A stretch of DNA of 63,217 nt, filler included, from Atractiella rhizophila (GCA_021432655.1; 3 parts of 3 records of this genome joined end to end with filler, not necessarily neighbours in it); one strand, 5' to 3'. Shown: positions 36,964 through 49,310, counted from the whole stretch's first letter. A program made the numbers and translations. The notes: generated from the letters alone by a model not told the origin.

Positions 36964-38330
36964 AGAACTAAAGAGGTGCTTTAAAGATGTATTGTCATAG
37001 CGCTATATGCTCCTGCTTTCATGGACACGAAAAGAGCCTACCATTAAGTTCAGCCTGTCTTTAATTTACATTATTCACTCTTTGGTATGCATGATCTAGT
37101 GACCTTTCAACCGACTGCAGTCGCTCTCACACCTCTCCTCAAGAGTGCAATGACGTGGTGACAATAAAATGTCGACCACAAGAAGGATGTGCTGATGCAT
37201 CAGTCAAATTTGAAATGCAGGGCGGCGGTCGCAAACTGAACATGTTCCTTCTTTCCCTCTCTGGAGCTCTAGCAAGAAAGAAACAAGAAACGGATTCAAA
37301 CGCACTTTGGGATGTGGAAGGTGGGGTACAAATAGTCCTGGGCTCAACTTGAACGAAATATTATGGGCTCTCATTCTCAATTCTCCACCAACGAACACTG
37401 TTAATGTGGTTCGTGTTGCTTCATCTCGCCACGTTTTTGTAAAAATCAGAGAGGGCTTGATGGTCTGTGCCTTTGAAGCTTGGTGACAATCTATACCATA
37501 GCCATGCACAGCGGAAATTTTGATTGGTCTCGCATCCTCCATTGCTGTGCTTCAGCACAGCAGCACTGTTTGGCAACACCCGTAACATTGGCACGGCAGT
37601 CTTGTCTACGGTCTTCTTGATGATAGAGATCTCTGAATTATTTTCACGACGATTCATTGAAGGTGCGCAGAGCATTGATTAATATGATACACGACTATCC
37701 GGTATGACATTACTGACTCTGTGCAGACCGTGATTATTCGGCTCGTACTGGATGCACTATTCTCTGCAGGTCTGCGCGTATTCAGCCTCTCAAATGACTG
37801 CCCTCGCAATCAAACGGAGCCAAATATCTAAGTTGCTAAACTTTCCCTCTTTGGCTGATTTGCCGGAGTGCTCTGCTCCTAATTCCCCGTCCTCGCTCTT
37901 TTGTATTCGGCGCTTGAGGAAGAGCTTTGCCACATCGAATGAAGTAGCTACAACACATCTGAAGGTGCCAGTTTGCCTCATACGAAATAGCACATACACA
38001 ATCCCGATCTTTCGCACTCAATTCCATGCATGAGTGTGACAAAGAAACCTTGCAGGTGTAACTTCCTTCTTCCAAGCTTTTCTTGCGATCGAATTGAACG
38101 GTCCCAAGCTTTCCTCTCGACAAAATTCACAATGATTCCACAATTTGACCAACTTGTGCCCTGAATGACGCCATAAGCGTGCGATATTGCCAACCAAGCA
38201 CTTCTCTCGCGTCAACGAGAAAATTTCTTCTTTCCGGCTTACCGAGCACGTAGTATATGTAAACGACCACTTTCTTTGCTGGATGATGGAGAACCTAGGG
38301 GAACTTCACGTCGGAACGTCGCAGGATACC

Positions 38331-40489
38331 ATGAGCTCGAATCGCAAGTCTGTGGAAAGCACGCATTCCGGCGTCGAGGATAAATTCGATCCAACAGTTG
38401 TGAAGGTTGGACCAGCTGATCATGCTGTCAATCGCGACGAAGTGTTGAATAGTAGGCCTTATATCCTTCTATAGCCTCATTTGTTAACCCTTCGGTGAAG
38501 GTGAACATGCAGGGGAGCAATACGACAATGTCCCGATTGAGAAGAGAACCATTGGCTTGACAAGTGCGGTCTTTCTCATTTTCAACAGGATCATTGGCAC
38601 TGGGTACGTTTATATCACACCTCGTTTTACTACTCCTGAGAATGTCTTATAAGAATCTTCGCTACTCCGAGCTCTATCCTCGCTTCCTCTGGAGTATGCT
38701 GCTTCCTTCGCATCAGTAGACCTCTGACTGGTGCTTGATAGAGCGTTGGACTTGCTCTTTTTATGTGGGTGATTGGGGCGATAATTGCAGCTACCGGTGT
38801 CGCTGTATACCTAGAATTCGGAACGGTGCATATTTCTTCGCTCTATCCCGGTACAAACCAAAAACTTATGCTGGGCAAAGGGACTACCACGTAACGGTGG
38901 AGAGAAAGTGTATCTCGAAGCCATCTATCGCAGTCCGAAGTTCCTTGTCACCTGCACATATGCCTCGTACGCCGTCCTCCTCGGTTGGGCCGCCGGCAAT
39001 TCTGTCGTATTTGGCGAATATATCTTGCACGCGGCGGACGTGGAGATTACACAGTGGAATCAAAGGGGTGTAGGACTCGCTTGCATCTCTTTCGCCCTCA
39101 TAGTGCATAGCACAAGGCTGGAATGGGGACTGAGGATCCAAAATTTGCTCGGAACCTTCAAAATAGTCATTCTCCTTCTCATTGCCTTCGCTGGATTTGC
39201 TGCTCTTGCGGGACATGTGAAGGTGGACCCGAAGCCCAGAAATTTTCATAATGCTTTCGATGGGACGAAGAGCAATGCGAACGCCTTCGTTACAGGACTC
39301 TACTCCGTAATTTGGTACAGTCCTTTTCGTTTTCATTGAACTCAAAACCTCACTACGAATAGGTCATTCATTGGGTATTCCAATGTCAATTATGCCCTCT
39401 CTGAGGTGAAAAACCCGGTGCGGACCCTCAAGATTGCCGCTCCACTTGCAATCATTTCTGTAACCATCCTTTACATCCTCGTGCGTCGTTCTCAATACCT
39501 TCGTTCAATACTAATACAGACCTATAGGTGAATATCGCATATTTTGCTGCAGTACCGAAGGATGATATTCTGAACGGTGGCAGGATTGTTGCGTTCGTAC
39601 AGCTCGCTTGTCCTCGCTTCCGCGCTAAGGAACTGAGCTTAGTGCGCTTTTCTTTCGGAATGTATTTGGGAGAAGTGCAGAAAAAGCGCTCAGTGTTTTT
39701 GTCGCGTGAGTGACCATTGTCCCAGATTGCAACAGCTGAAACAGTAATCCAGTTTGAGCGCACTTGGGAACATCATGTCTGTGCTATTCTCTCAAGGTCG
39801 AAGTACGTTGCGTTCATCTCTCCTGCTTCATAAGCCCTTACATGGAATCTGCAGTTGTCCAGGAATTGGGCCGTGAAGGTGTCCTCCCCTTCTCGCGTTT
39901 CTTCGCTTCCAACAAACCTTTCAACGCCCCTGCCGCCGGCCTACTCACACATTACCTTGTGTCAGTTGTCATCATGCTGGCGCCACCTCCAGGAGATGCA
40001 TTCAATTTCTGCCTCAACCGTCCGTTGCTTCGCTCCTAAATCTATCGACAACTAAAATTTTCTTTCCCAGTGGTTTCATACCCTCTTGCGATTATTAACG
40101 CAGCCATCTCTGGCGGCCTTATCTACTTTTACTTCTACAAAAGACATGAATGGTCCCCACCCTTTCGAGCAACGATACCAGTTGTCATCTTTTTCTTCCT
40201 CTCCAATCTCTTCCTCAGTGTGGCTCCTTTGGTACCTCCAGAAGACGGCTCTAAGGTTTACAATGACCTTCCTTACTGGGTGCGTACCTTCTTAGCCTCA
40301 AGGGCTGCACACTGAATGTGATCTTAGCTGCACGTCGTGGTTTCGATCGGCGTCTTCGCTATCGGAACTGCCTACTGGGTTGTCTGGGCGAGGATTATGC
40401 CTGCATTAGGAAACTACAAGAGAGAGAGAAGATGGGTGCTCCAAAGCGATGGTGTTTCTAGAAGCGTCTTCACCAAAGTCCCAGCATGA
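38331..40489 (+). CDS. MUP1: High-affinity methionine permease-like APC/LAT amino-acid transporter, spliced
   Basis: IGLTSAVFLIFNRIIGTG|IFATPSSIL, YLEFGT|GLPRNGGEKVYLE, W|SFIGYSNVNYALSEVKNP, QELGREGVLPFS, APPPGDAF. The start could be the ATG at 38283/38286. Confidence 0.9.
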
Positions 40490-42243
40490 TTCTAGATAAT
40501 TATACGACATATCGAGCTGACACTCCCACCATAGAATGAACATATCGAAATTCCAGTTTAATCACCGGAGATAAAGAGCACTCAGAGCAACGGTCACATT
40601 GCTTCGTCCATTTACTTCTTCGCCATACCTACCCCAGTCCCTTTCAATATACATCGCCCATAGTCTATAATCTAGAAAAGTCGACTGAAGCGATATAGCA
40701 ACTCCTAAACCGAAGCTGATGTCTAATACGAATACGAAGGAGGAACGTGTCGATGCAGAACCTCCAGGATTTACTCGCCTCCATGACCAAAATCCAAAAT
40801 AAATTACAGCTGGTTTTTGACAGGTGCATTGGCTCGAAATGCCGGAGCCTGCCTTACTTTCTTCTTCATATGTAATAGAAACATATGCGATCATTTGCTC
40901 AGGCCCAAACGTGACTGGCTCTGGCGGAATAAGGGCAGCACTGAACAGCACGAGCCATATGTAAATACCGCTGGGAAAGACATTCCACAGCTTGGAGCCT
41001 TGCTACAAGAACTCTTGTTCCGAAGGCTTCTTTACCAGATCAAGATTCCGTCTCCTTTATTTCCAATCCGAGTTTGTACAATTGCACGGTTTGCTAGAAT
41101 ATGCAGGCAACCAGCCTTGAGCTCTTGGCATCTCAGCACCTTTTGTCCAAGATGTAATGGATATGAAGTAATATTTCTAAAACAATGCTCCATCCGGTGC
41201 ATCTCGATTAAAGGTAAATCGCAACATAGAGAACTATATGGCTCCCATTTTTACCAACAAAGAGGAAAAGAGCTCACTCTTCTTCTCTCTTGATGCATGC
41301 TAAATCACAAGGTTGCCTGAAACCTCCCCTCCTCTCTTATCTCAACCTGAGATTCTACTCCAACTACAGCACGAATCCAACCTATTGGCAATCCAAAATG
41401 ATCGCTTCGATGATTTCTGGTGCATTCATTTTTCAGCTTGAAAATGCGGAGCTTGATGGATTGATCCGTGATCAGAGCGCAGGGAAAGATAACGATGAAG
41501 CACCTTCTTCTTTTCTTTCATTATTTCATCCTTTCTTCATATTTCGCCATCCCCCCATTCGCCACGAGTTTGTTTATGAGCGAGCTGACGCTCTTCCTAA
41601 ATCCACAGTCCAATTCAGCCTGATGCCGCAATATGCATCCGTCTTTATTTATGTTTCTTCGGCAGTGCCGTCAATGGATTCCTCAGATTCTGGCTATCTG
41701 CGGTCCAGATAAACCCAGAGACAGAGGGAAAGCTTGGGAAAGGCGAGGGAAATAATTTGGGGGCTGACGTCTGGAGAACAATATTTCGATCATGGGAAAT
41801 TCGATCCCGCTCGCCCAAATCTGTTTCACCACCATACCTCCTACGCATCTTCTTTGTCCACTTCCAGCTACTCTCAAGAGCTTTGTTCTAGTCTCACAAA
41901 GCATATATCCAAATTTGACGCGCTTTGGATCTCTGGAAGCCGAGATGTCGATGTTTTTGAGATCGCGACGAAGCGAACAACATGTTCTACGGAACATTAA
42001 GCGAGACATCATATAGAGCTTAGTACGTCCAATATTCTCACGAACGCCTGAGAAGCACAACCTTAAAGCGATAAACAACTTTACGCTCTGATACCGCCTA
42101 GAGGTATAAAAGGTCAACTCCCCTCTCCCTTTCGTTCTCTGACAAACCACCACATCTTCTTGGTTATCCTCTTCTTGGATTCAGACTTGCACTTGCCATC
42201 AGCTTCAGCTATCTTCATTTAAATCTAACAATTCGTCATCGTC

Positions 42244-42885
42244 ATGGCCCAATATCGTAACTCTTTCTGGAATGGCCAAAAGTACGCCACCATTTTTTCT
42301 CTCATTTTTGTGGACAAATGCTGATATCAATGATTGGCGGACAGTGATCTCTCCGCTTACTACGGTTCTATGTACAGGGTGAAATCTTCGGTTGATTTGG
42401 TATCCCTAGAGCACAACTGGGGCTCGTACGTTTCCCCCTCTTTTCTTGTACTCTTTACTCATGTTCTCTCTGTGATGGCCAGTGCCTACGACGGGATCAA
42501 GAGGGTTCAAGCCAGCCATGATCTCAAATCCCTCGGTTTTCAAGTTACGACGCAAACGAGCCTCTCTCGTTCCTCTTCGTCTTCGACTGGTTGGGGAGAC
42601 ACGACCGACGACGAATCCTCGGGGTCTGACGACTCCGACTCCGATTGGGAGAGCGACGATGGGGACGACGAGTTTGCCAGACGTTTCACCTCTTCCTCTA
42701 TCGGCAGCGCTCCAAGCTCAATCGCCAACACGACCGGTGGTAACGGTAACGTCATTGTCTCTACCTCCACTGTCGCCGATGGAACGGAAACTGCTCCTGT
42801 CTTGAAGAACGACAAGCACTTGGTCTTGGAGGATTCTGATTGGGAGGAGGAACTCGCCGTTGAGATCTCCAAGCAGGAGAAGTGA
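42244..42885 (+). CDS. Hypothetical protein with an acidic, Ser/Asp-rich C-terminus (3 exons)
   Basis: TATAAAAG at ~42105, ATG at 42244, and two in-frame GTACG...AG introns joining into ORF 42334..42885. Confidence 0.6.
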
Positions 42886-43882
42886 TGGTAAGTTTTCTAT
42901 TCCTTCCTAAAGGTCGATATTGACCAAGACTCTTTAGGAATAATACGACAATGTCGTTGGGATATACGAATGATACTTTTCGATATCTTTATTGGTGTCG
43001 AATATTCTTGTTCATATCTTCACTATCCTATCTACATTAATATATCATTTCTCTTCCCTATTTACTAACACTTTCGACTAACAATGCAATCGTTTCCTTC
43101 TTCGTTTCCTTCTTCGTCATTCTGCTCCAATGTCTTGTTCATCCACCATCTCTATCGACAACGTCGCTTTATCTACTTTTAATCTTTCGAAGATTCTTAA
43201 GTTATGATAAAGATGTTGTTGTAGCTACTTGGTATTGGGTCTGATAAATATAATATCTTGTTCTACTCTATATGTCGACGAGCGCTTGGTCCAGCCTCAG
43301 CTTATCGTGCATCCTTCTCCACTTTGCGCTCGCATCCTGCTCTTAGACTTCGGAATGTAGCCGAAGACAAGAATTCCCACAACAAAAGCATTTGCAAGAA
43401 TTAGTTGACCTCACACCTTGCTTTCTTTCTGATAGCTACAAGTTTCCTTCCATCACCTCTTGAAGTAACGATATTCGAATTCTCGTCTCCAATTCGCACA
43501 CTGACACGTCGCTGAGCTTTATAGCAACATATCCTGGCCGCAAACAGCGCGGACTCACTCTGTTGCTCCCGTCCTCCCTCAAGTTTGAGTCCCTAAAATG
43601 CGCCTCGAGCACTCACTGACTGACTTCATCCGTGGCCAAAACGCTTAGCTTAGCTTACCAACCAACATGAGCAGGATGGTGAATTATCACGATGATGCTT
43701 CGCTGACCTACATGGCCCTGCACGACTGGAGGTGGAAGCTTTCAGGGGCGTGTGCTCACGCCCCACTTGCTCTTGCGTCCATGGAAGTCCTTCCACCTGG
43801 CTTCTATTGATAATGGGAATTAATCTTCATTGTCTCTCAGTTGATTAGGAGACCATAGCGCGACTAAGACATAATTACAACC

Positions 43883-44438
43883 ATGTCGTCTTCCCAACAA
43901 CTCGCGCTGCCGCCCCAGCGTCCTGCAGACTCGTACCAGCATGCCATGAAGCAGTTAATCATCCTGCACAGCACCTATCTGGTCAGCGTTTCTCTGCAGC
44001 CTCAATCTGTCTATCGAGTCGAACTGACTTCAGATACCCAACAAAGGATGCAGTCACGCAAATCTATCGCATAGGCCGCCTAAGCACTCAGACGTCAAGG
44101 TATCCGATCAATAGGTACTCAGAATATGGTGGACTCGCCGGGCTGAGGCTGGAGCTCAAGAAGGTGGGGGAGAAGTGGGAACATTGTCTTCGGGATATCG
44201 AGCGGGTCATTGTAAGTTTCCCTCTCTCGCTCTTACCTTCTGTCATTTCCTTCGAAGAGCATTGATTTGAGCTCCTCATGTGCATCGCTCAAATCATTCA
44301 ACGTTTCCTCGCATTTACAACATTCCTGATGAATATTACCTTCAGCTACACGCCCAAGCAGTCCTAGAAAGGGATTATCGACTCGCACAAGGAATTCCAG
44401 AGGAAGCCGAAGCAACCCTAGAGAGCAATACGATGGAA
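43883..44438 (+). CDS. Hypothetical spliced gene, 3'-truncated by the spacer
   Basis: ATG in a good context (CAACCATG), GTCAGC and GTAAGT donor-like sites, and an open frame into the N run. No family recognised. Confidence 0.4.
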
Positions 44439-44538
44439 NNNNNNNNNNNNNNNNNNNNNNNNNNNNNNNNNNNNNNNNNNNNTTAATTAATTAANNNNNN
44501 NNNNNNNNNNNNNNNNNNNNNNNNNNNNNNNNNNNNNN
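44439..44538. other. Artificial contig/scaffold spacer
   Basis: 44 N + TTAATTAATTAA + 44 N. Confidence 0.97.
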
Positions 44539-44611
44539 CCTAACCCTAACCCTAACCCTAACCCTAACCCTAACCCTAACCCTAACCCTAACCCTAACCC
44601 TAACCCTAACC

Positions 44612-44652
<41 letters not shown>

Positions 44653-44655
44653 CCC
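44539..44655 (+). repeat. Telomeric repeat (CCCTAA)n, ~19 units, marking a left chromosome end
   Basis: C-rich strand at the start of the contig; one CCCTAAA variant at 44628-44634. Confidence 0.97.
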
Positions 44656-44742
44656 GTCACCGTCAGAAAGTCCCCATGTTCAAGTGACGGTGCGGGTCGT
44701 CTCAGGCACAAAAATCGACGGACGGGACGGAGCAAAGCCCTA
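44653..44742. mobile_element. Right terminus of a hAT-like TIR element/MITE, truncated by the telomere
   Basis: Clustered CCGTC/GACGG subterminal motifs end in GACGGAGCAAAGCCCTA. Its reverse complement TAGGGCTTTGCTCCGTC matches 16/17 nt of TAGGGCTTTGCACCGTC at 57227. Confidence 0.75.
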
Positions 44743-45055
44743 CTTGAGGCTCTGGATATAGGATTGAACAAACTCATCCTCATCTTAAAGTGCTAAATGG
44801 TCATCTTCTTTGTTTCAGCAACAATCTTGAGAAGAAGCTTGCTGATGAAACAACAAGTGGCCGTATCATGCTTTCGTGATTCAGCCATTTTTACCTCCTT
44901 CTTTCATGCTCTTCCCTCTCCTTGCGTTTGTGCCTATGCATGTTGCTTTGGAGCGCAGCTTGTAGTCATCAGGTCTTCGTCATCCCTCTTCTCTCCTAAT
45001 TCTGTTCGCTTCCTTTCTTTAGTCACTCGGCACGTCATCTGATCTGTCGCCAAAT

Positions 45056-47176
45056 TCATTCTATTTCAGAATCTTCACTGTCATTGTCATCCTTGTCATC
45101 CCCGCCTTCCGAAATATGTAGATTGATTACCTCTCGTCTCGGCTCTAAAATATGTGCCAGAACACGATGCTCGACTGCTCTGATGTTTGTCCAAGTAACC
45201 TCATCCCATTCCCCAAAATAACACTGAATCAAGCACGTTTTGAACTTTGGGTGGTCATCCATTAGCTGTACAAACTCGCAAATGTTTGTTGGATCCAGAG
45301 AGCAGTAGTGCAGATATATATCGACTATGCAAGGCCAATGTGTCTGCAGAACTTGTGAAAAGAAATCTCGAGGGAGAACAAGGTTGTCTTCATTGCCGCC
45401 ATCGACGAGAATGTTCCAAGTCATCTGAAGATCTCTCACACTAAGGGGTTCACTCCATATTTGGTCTGATATTCTTGATATCGTCCAACAGCGGATGCTA
45501 GGTCGGAATGCGATGATACGATGAAAAATGTCCCGAGTCTGGGTAAGAACCAGCTCCTGAAGATAAGGGAAGACGACAATTTGCGGGGAGAGGCCACGCA
45601 AAGCATCGTATGAATCAGAGGGAACAGTGTGAGAGAGAACTAGCCATTTGAGGGCAAGCTTGGAGGCTGTGCATCTCAAAAATTGGGCTATATCATTTTC
45701 CTCCCACTTGCGAAGCTCGAGGTACGTTATGTTCTTCAGCATTCCCAAGCGTTGAAGGTGGGTCTTCTCCTGCATGGTGGCGGGACTTGTCAAAGAAAGT
45801 GTACCCAGCTCAGAGAAGGATTGGTAATTTCTCAATATATTAATCACAGTCCCTAAGCTAAGTCCTGCATTGATGTCGCCCTTGGTGTACTGCAGTGCTC
45901 TCCAATTCGGGCGGAAGCCTCGAAGCTCATCAAGGTCACGCAGCTTCAAATAGCAGTTGCGAGGATCCTGATCCCTCAACTTTGCCCGTTTCATGCCGGC
46001 AGTCCAACGCTTGCAGACTAACAGAGGAGCAGTCCACAACTCCATTGTTTTTGTTCGATCGGCTGCAATGGTGTCTTCTCGTTCATCATATCGGGAATCG
46101 TGCACGAGCTGAAAAACCTCAGACTGCAATTCAGAAGGCAACCGTTCAAACAAACATTGAAGGGATGATGCTGCAAAAGTAAGATTGAGAGAGGTCACGG
46201 TCGAATAAGAGTCTCGTTGGCCCTCTTGCAGTTCCCATTCGCTTGCAGTTCGCTCAAATTCAACATTTCCAGCAAAGTCTTTCAGAGGGATCTTGAAGTA
46301 GTCCCATCCCACACTATCTGCGTAAAGATCGAGCGACCTTTTCAGCAAGCCGGATGGAGGCATCTTGAGGATCAAAATCTGGTCACCCTCACCGCTTTCC
46401 TCTGAAGCCGATTGACAAACGAGGATGAAAACATCATGTCGTGCGTCACTTAGTTCATAGGTCGGCGCAGAATCGAAGTAGAATCGGCAAATAGTGTCTT
46501 CCCGTTCTGGGTTGACGGCAAAGGAATATCGGCCGAAGAACAAATGAGCGTATCGAGCGCGCATTTTGCTGAGAAAGTGAGGAGTAAAAGTCACTCGTAG
46601 GCTAAGAACTTCACCAGCTGATGGAGCGATAGAATCTGGCGGCGGCGGTGTGCGAGAGAAGATAACTAGTGGTCGAAAAGCAGCTTTGCACCAGTCTCTC
46701 GTGGACAGCAGAATGCTGGCTAAGCGTTCGTGCCAGCGTCGACACGCGGATCTGCAGCTTGTGATAATCCCCACTAGCCGCTTGACATTCAGAAGACCAT
46801 ACATAGGATTCCAGAATTGTCCGTCCTCTCTCTTCAGGGTTGTTGCGAGGTCCAGTATATCGTCCAGTATTGACTTCGGTAGTCGAGTGATGGGGCCAAG
46901 GACACGCCTGGCATGTTGGTCCCAGAGCTTGCACACGCTGCGCAGGATGTGGACATATTTATGGTTATCGGCAGCCAGACGGGTAAATATCGATCGCAAT
47001 AGATGGGCAGAGAGATAAGAAATTGGCGAGGGTACCATCGTGCCAAATTTGACAGTGAGGTGCCCTGCAGAAGTCAGTGATACGGATGGTGCAGCCTGTA
47101 AGTCAAATCGTTCCGTCAGAGAGGCAGAACGACTGACCCTTAGGAGAGAGGAGTGCCTCATTCGCCACTTCACCAC
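45056..47176 (-). CDS. Subtelomeric protein with three F-box-like motifs and a C-terminal LRR-like region
   Basis: 706-aa uninterrupted ORF containing ISYLSAHLLRSIF...LRSVCKLW, ITRLPKSILDDIL...CRSACRRW and FERLPSELQSEVF...LLVCKRW, then ITYLEL, LKWLVL and FPYLQELVL. Confidence 0.7.
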   Translation of the reverse strand: MVKWRMRHSSLLRVSRSASLTERFDLQAAPSVSLTSAGHLTVKFGTMVPSPISYLSAHLLRSIFTRLAADNHKYVHILRSVCKLWDQHARRVLGPITRLPKSILDDILDLATTLKREDGQFWNPMYGLLNVKRLVGIITSCRSACRRWHERLASILLSTRDWCKAAFRPLVIFSRTPPPPDSIAPSAGEVLSLRVTFTPHFLSKMRARYAHLFFGRYSFAVNPEREDTICRFYFDSAPTYELSDARHDVFILVCQSASEESGEGDQILILKMPPSGLLKRSLDLYADSVGWDYFKIPLKDFAGNVEFERTASEWELQEGQRDSYSTVTSLNLTFAASSLQCLFERLPSELQSEVFQLVHDSRYDEREDTIAADRTKTMELWTAPLLVCKRWTAGMKRAKLRDQDPRNCYLKLRDLDELRGFRPNWRALQYTKGDINAGLSLGTVINILRNYQSFSELGTLSLTSPATMQEKTHLQRLGMLKNITYLELRKWEENDIAQFLRCTASKLALKWLVLSHTVPSDSYDALRGLSPQIVVFPYLQELVLTQTRDIFHRIIAFRPSIRCWTISRISDQIWSEPLSVRDLQMTWNILVDGGNEDNLVLPRDFFSQVLQTHWPCIVDIYLHYCSLDPTNICEFVQLMDDHPKFKTCLIQCYFGEWDEVTWTNIRAVEHRVLAHILEPRREVINLHISEGGDDKDDNDSEDSEIE

Positions 47177-47813
47177 GCGGTGACAAAAGTTTCATCTGAA
47201 CAGCTCGTTCGCGTACCATTGCATCGACAACAAAATTTCGACTAACCGGTACTGTCGGAGGCAGCTGTGCCAGATACCGAAGGTGAAAACAATCACAAGA
47301 ACCGAAAACAATAGCAATATCGCGATGGGCAGGCGTGAGGTAAACGTTGAGCTGGTCATCGCCGGCATAACGGGATTGGGTTCCAAAACCAATCATAGTG
47401 TGATCGCTCGCAGGCGATACACGTACTACGTGATAATTGTTCGTTTGAAGGTTAGAAGCTTCAACGGCTCTTTTGAGAGCGAGGTATTGACCGGGAAAGA
47501 AGCACATGTGGATGTTGATAAACTGTCCGGGTAGCAGTTGACAGAAGGATGTGGTGAATTCAAGCGTTACTCTGGCTTGTATCGTTTGTTGGTCAAAATC
47601 TGAAAGAGGATTCCAAACGCAGTGAGCTGTCCAGCGTTCACGCCCAAGGTTATCAGAGAAACTCGTCGAGGAATAACTCTCATAGACCCATTCTGAACAG
47701 GAGGGACCGTTCGACGGCGACGAAGAAATGGTTGCCAAGTCGAGTGCATCCACTGTATGCATGGCCACAAGTTGTGAGCGTTCACAGCAGTTGGAAGGAA
47801 TCCTCTCTAACAA
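47103..47813 (-). CDS. Upstream ORF, probably the 5' part of the multi-F-box gene (joined by a frameshift or intron)
   Basis: Overlaps the 706-aa ORF by 74 bp on the same strand. VTLEFTTSF...HMCFFPGQY...GDDQLNVYLTP resembles LRVTFTPHF...HLFFGRY...GDQILILKMPP in that ORF. Confidence 0.45.
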   Translation of the reverse strand: MLERIPSNCCERSQLVAMHTVDALDLATISSSPSNGPSCSEWVYESYSSTSFSDNLGRERWTAHCVWNPLSDFDQQTIQARVTLEFTTSFCQLLPGQFINIHMCFFPGQYLALKRAVEASNLQTNNYHVVRVSPASDHTMIGFGTQSRYAGDDQLNVYLTPAHRDIAIVFGSCDCFHLRYLAQLPPTVPVSRNFVVDAMVRERAVQMKLLSPRGEVANEALLSPKGQSFCLSDGTI

Positions 47814-49040
47814 TTCTTTATATGATTGTTACGGTCCAGACGGACGTGTCTAGACCTTGTAGAGAATCCGCACAGCCCACAGGAGCTCCAAGAAGCCTCA
47901 TTTGAAGATTGAACGTTCCCTGGAACCTTGCAGAGCAGACCCGTCGCCCAAGGGGTCCCAAGGGTCGGAGTTGGTCGGCGATAAAACTGATCGACCAGTG
48001 TTGACCTGCTTTTTGGCTGCAAATTTGTGGAGGTACTCATCACTGAATAAGCAGATCGACTGCCTACAGACAGATCTGTCACATTAAAACTCTTCTGTCA
48101 ACATTCACATGACGTGTGGGCAATGTCATGCTGTGGCTGGTAGAAGGCTCAGTATCAATCAATCTATCAGCTTCCTCTTGTTCTAAATACTCTAACCAAG
48201 CATCGATATCAATGACCTCTATAAAACCATAAGACTTCCTGCTAATTAAATCTAAGATGCTTACCATGGTTGAAAGTGAATGCGGTCTTTTCTAATCCAG
48301 AAATCAACTGAGAAGGGAGGTTAACTCGGATGGGCTGAGAGCGGATGATGTTCGGCCTACGAGCACGAGAAGCTCGACGATGCTGAGACTGAACTTGAGA
48401 TCATTGTGGGCAAGAGCTTGAAGGGGATGGCTGCTCAAGAGGATACATGTTGGACACTGGGTTCGTTCTTGCTCTTTTGATGACAAGGTGGGATGATACT
48501 TGCCTTGTCGGACTAGCTCAAGAACTTACAGATTGAAGTTGGAGAGAGATGAGAAGACGAGGGAACCGAAGGCAGCCCTGGCTCATATTGCTAACAGATC
48601 TTAATCGACATTTATGATGTTTATATCCATTGTATTCATTTCTTCCTCTTATTCTTTTGCTTCCTCTGCATCGTGTTGCTTGCTTGCTTCGGCCTAATAA
48701 ACTAGTAGCATCTTCAAAATGGAATAGAGTATTGCAAGACGTGACACGTGAACCCGCTCTAGGGCCCCATACCACGTCGACTTGATGTGCGACTCCACCT
48801 TTCGAACCTAGAGGTAGTGTTTAATCAAGCATTGCAAATGGAAGGAGAATGAGATGATGGTGGATTGGAAGTAAAGGAAGGCCGACACATCAAATCCAAA
48901 TTTACAGCCCTCCCCACCGATTTCCAGATAGAACCATTAGTAGTTCCAAAAATTTATCAACTCCTTCCACCAGACCATTCGAACTCGACTCAAAGGTCTC
49001 AGAACTGTAAGGGAGATATCGGAGAGGGTGTAGACACTTA

Positions 49041-49294
49041 TGACAAATGTGAGAGCGCTGCGAAGTGCGAGATAACAAATAAGTGTGTGTTGCATTTAGT
49101 ATGTAAGGGAACTACATTACCTGCGAAGTGCGAGATAACAAATAAGTGTGAGTCTCGCACTTGCAGGTGAAAGGCTTTTATAGCTAAGATCCCTGTGGCA
49201 AAAGAGAAGTTGCCACAGTTCCAGAACACGCTCGACGAAAGTGGAAACGCGCAAGTGCGCAAGTGGCGAAAGGAGGAGGCGTACGATTTTGTCA
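49041..49294 (-). repeat. 3' LTR of the copia element, containing an internal 30-bp direct repeat
   Basis: CTGCGAAGTGCGAGATAACAAATAAGTGTG at 49058-49087 and 49121-49150. Confidence 0.97.
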
Positions 49295-49310
49295 AACTCC
49301 CCCTCGCATC

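Noticed and set aside
37000..38200. Short ORFs between the surface-protein gene and MUP1
   Set aside because: No family motif; they may be intergenic or unrecognisable relics.
40560..42100. Possible additional decayed F-box/LRR gene
   Set aside because: Only vague leucine-rich patches, with no alignable match to the neighbouring F-box genes by eye.
44539..44655. Interstitial telomeric repeat or chromosome fusion
   Set aside because: It directly follows a synthetic spacer and has the orientation expected for a true left chromosome end.
48865..49295. ORFs 48865..49170, 49038..49295 and 53402..53686
   Set aside because: They are translations of LTR sequence; the duplicated peptide simply reflects the two LTRs.
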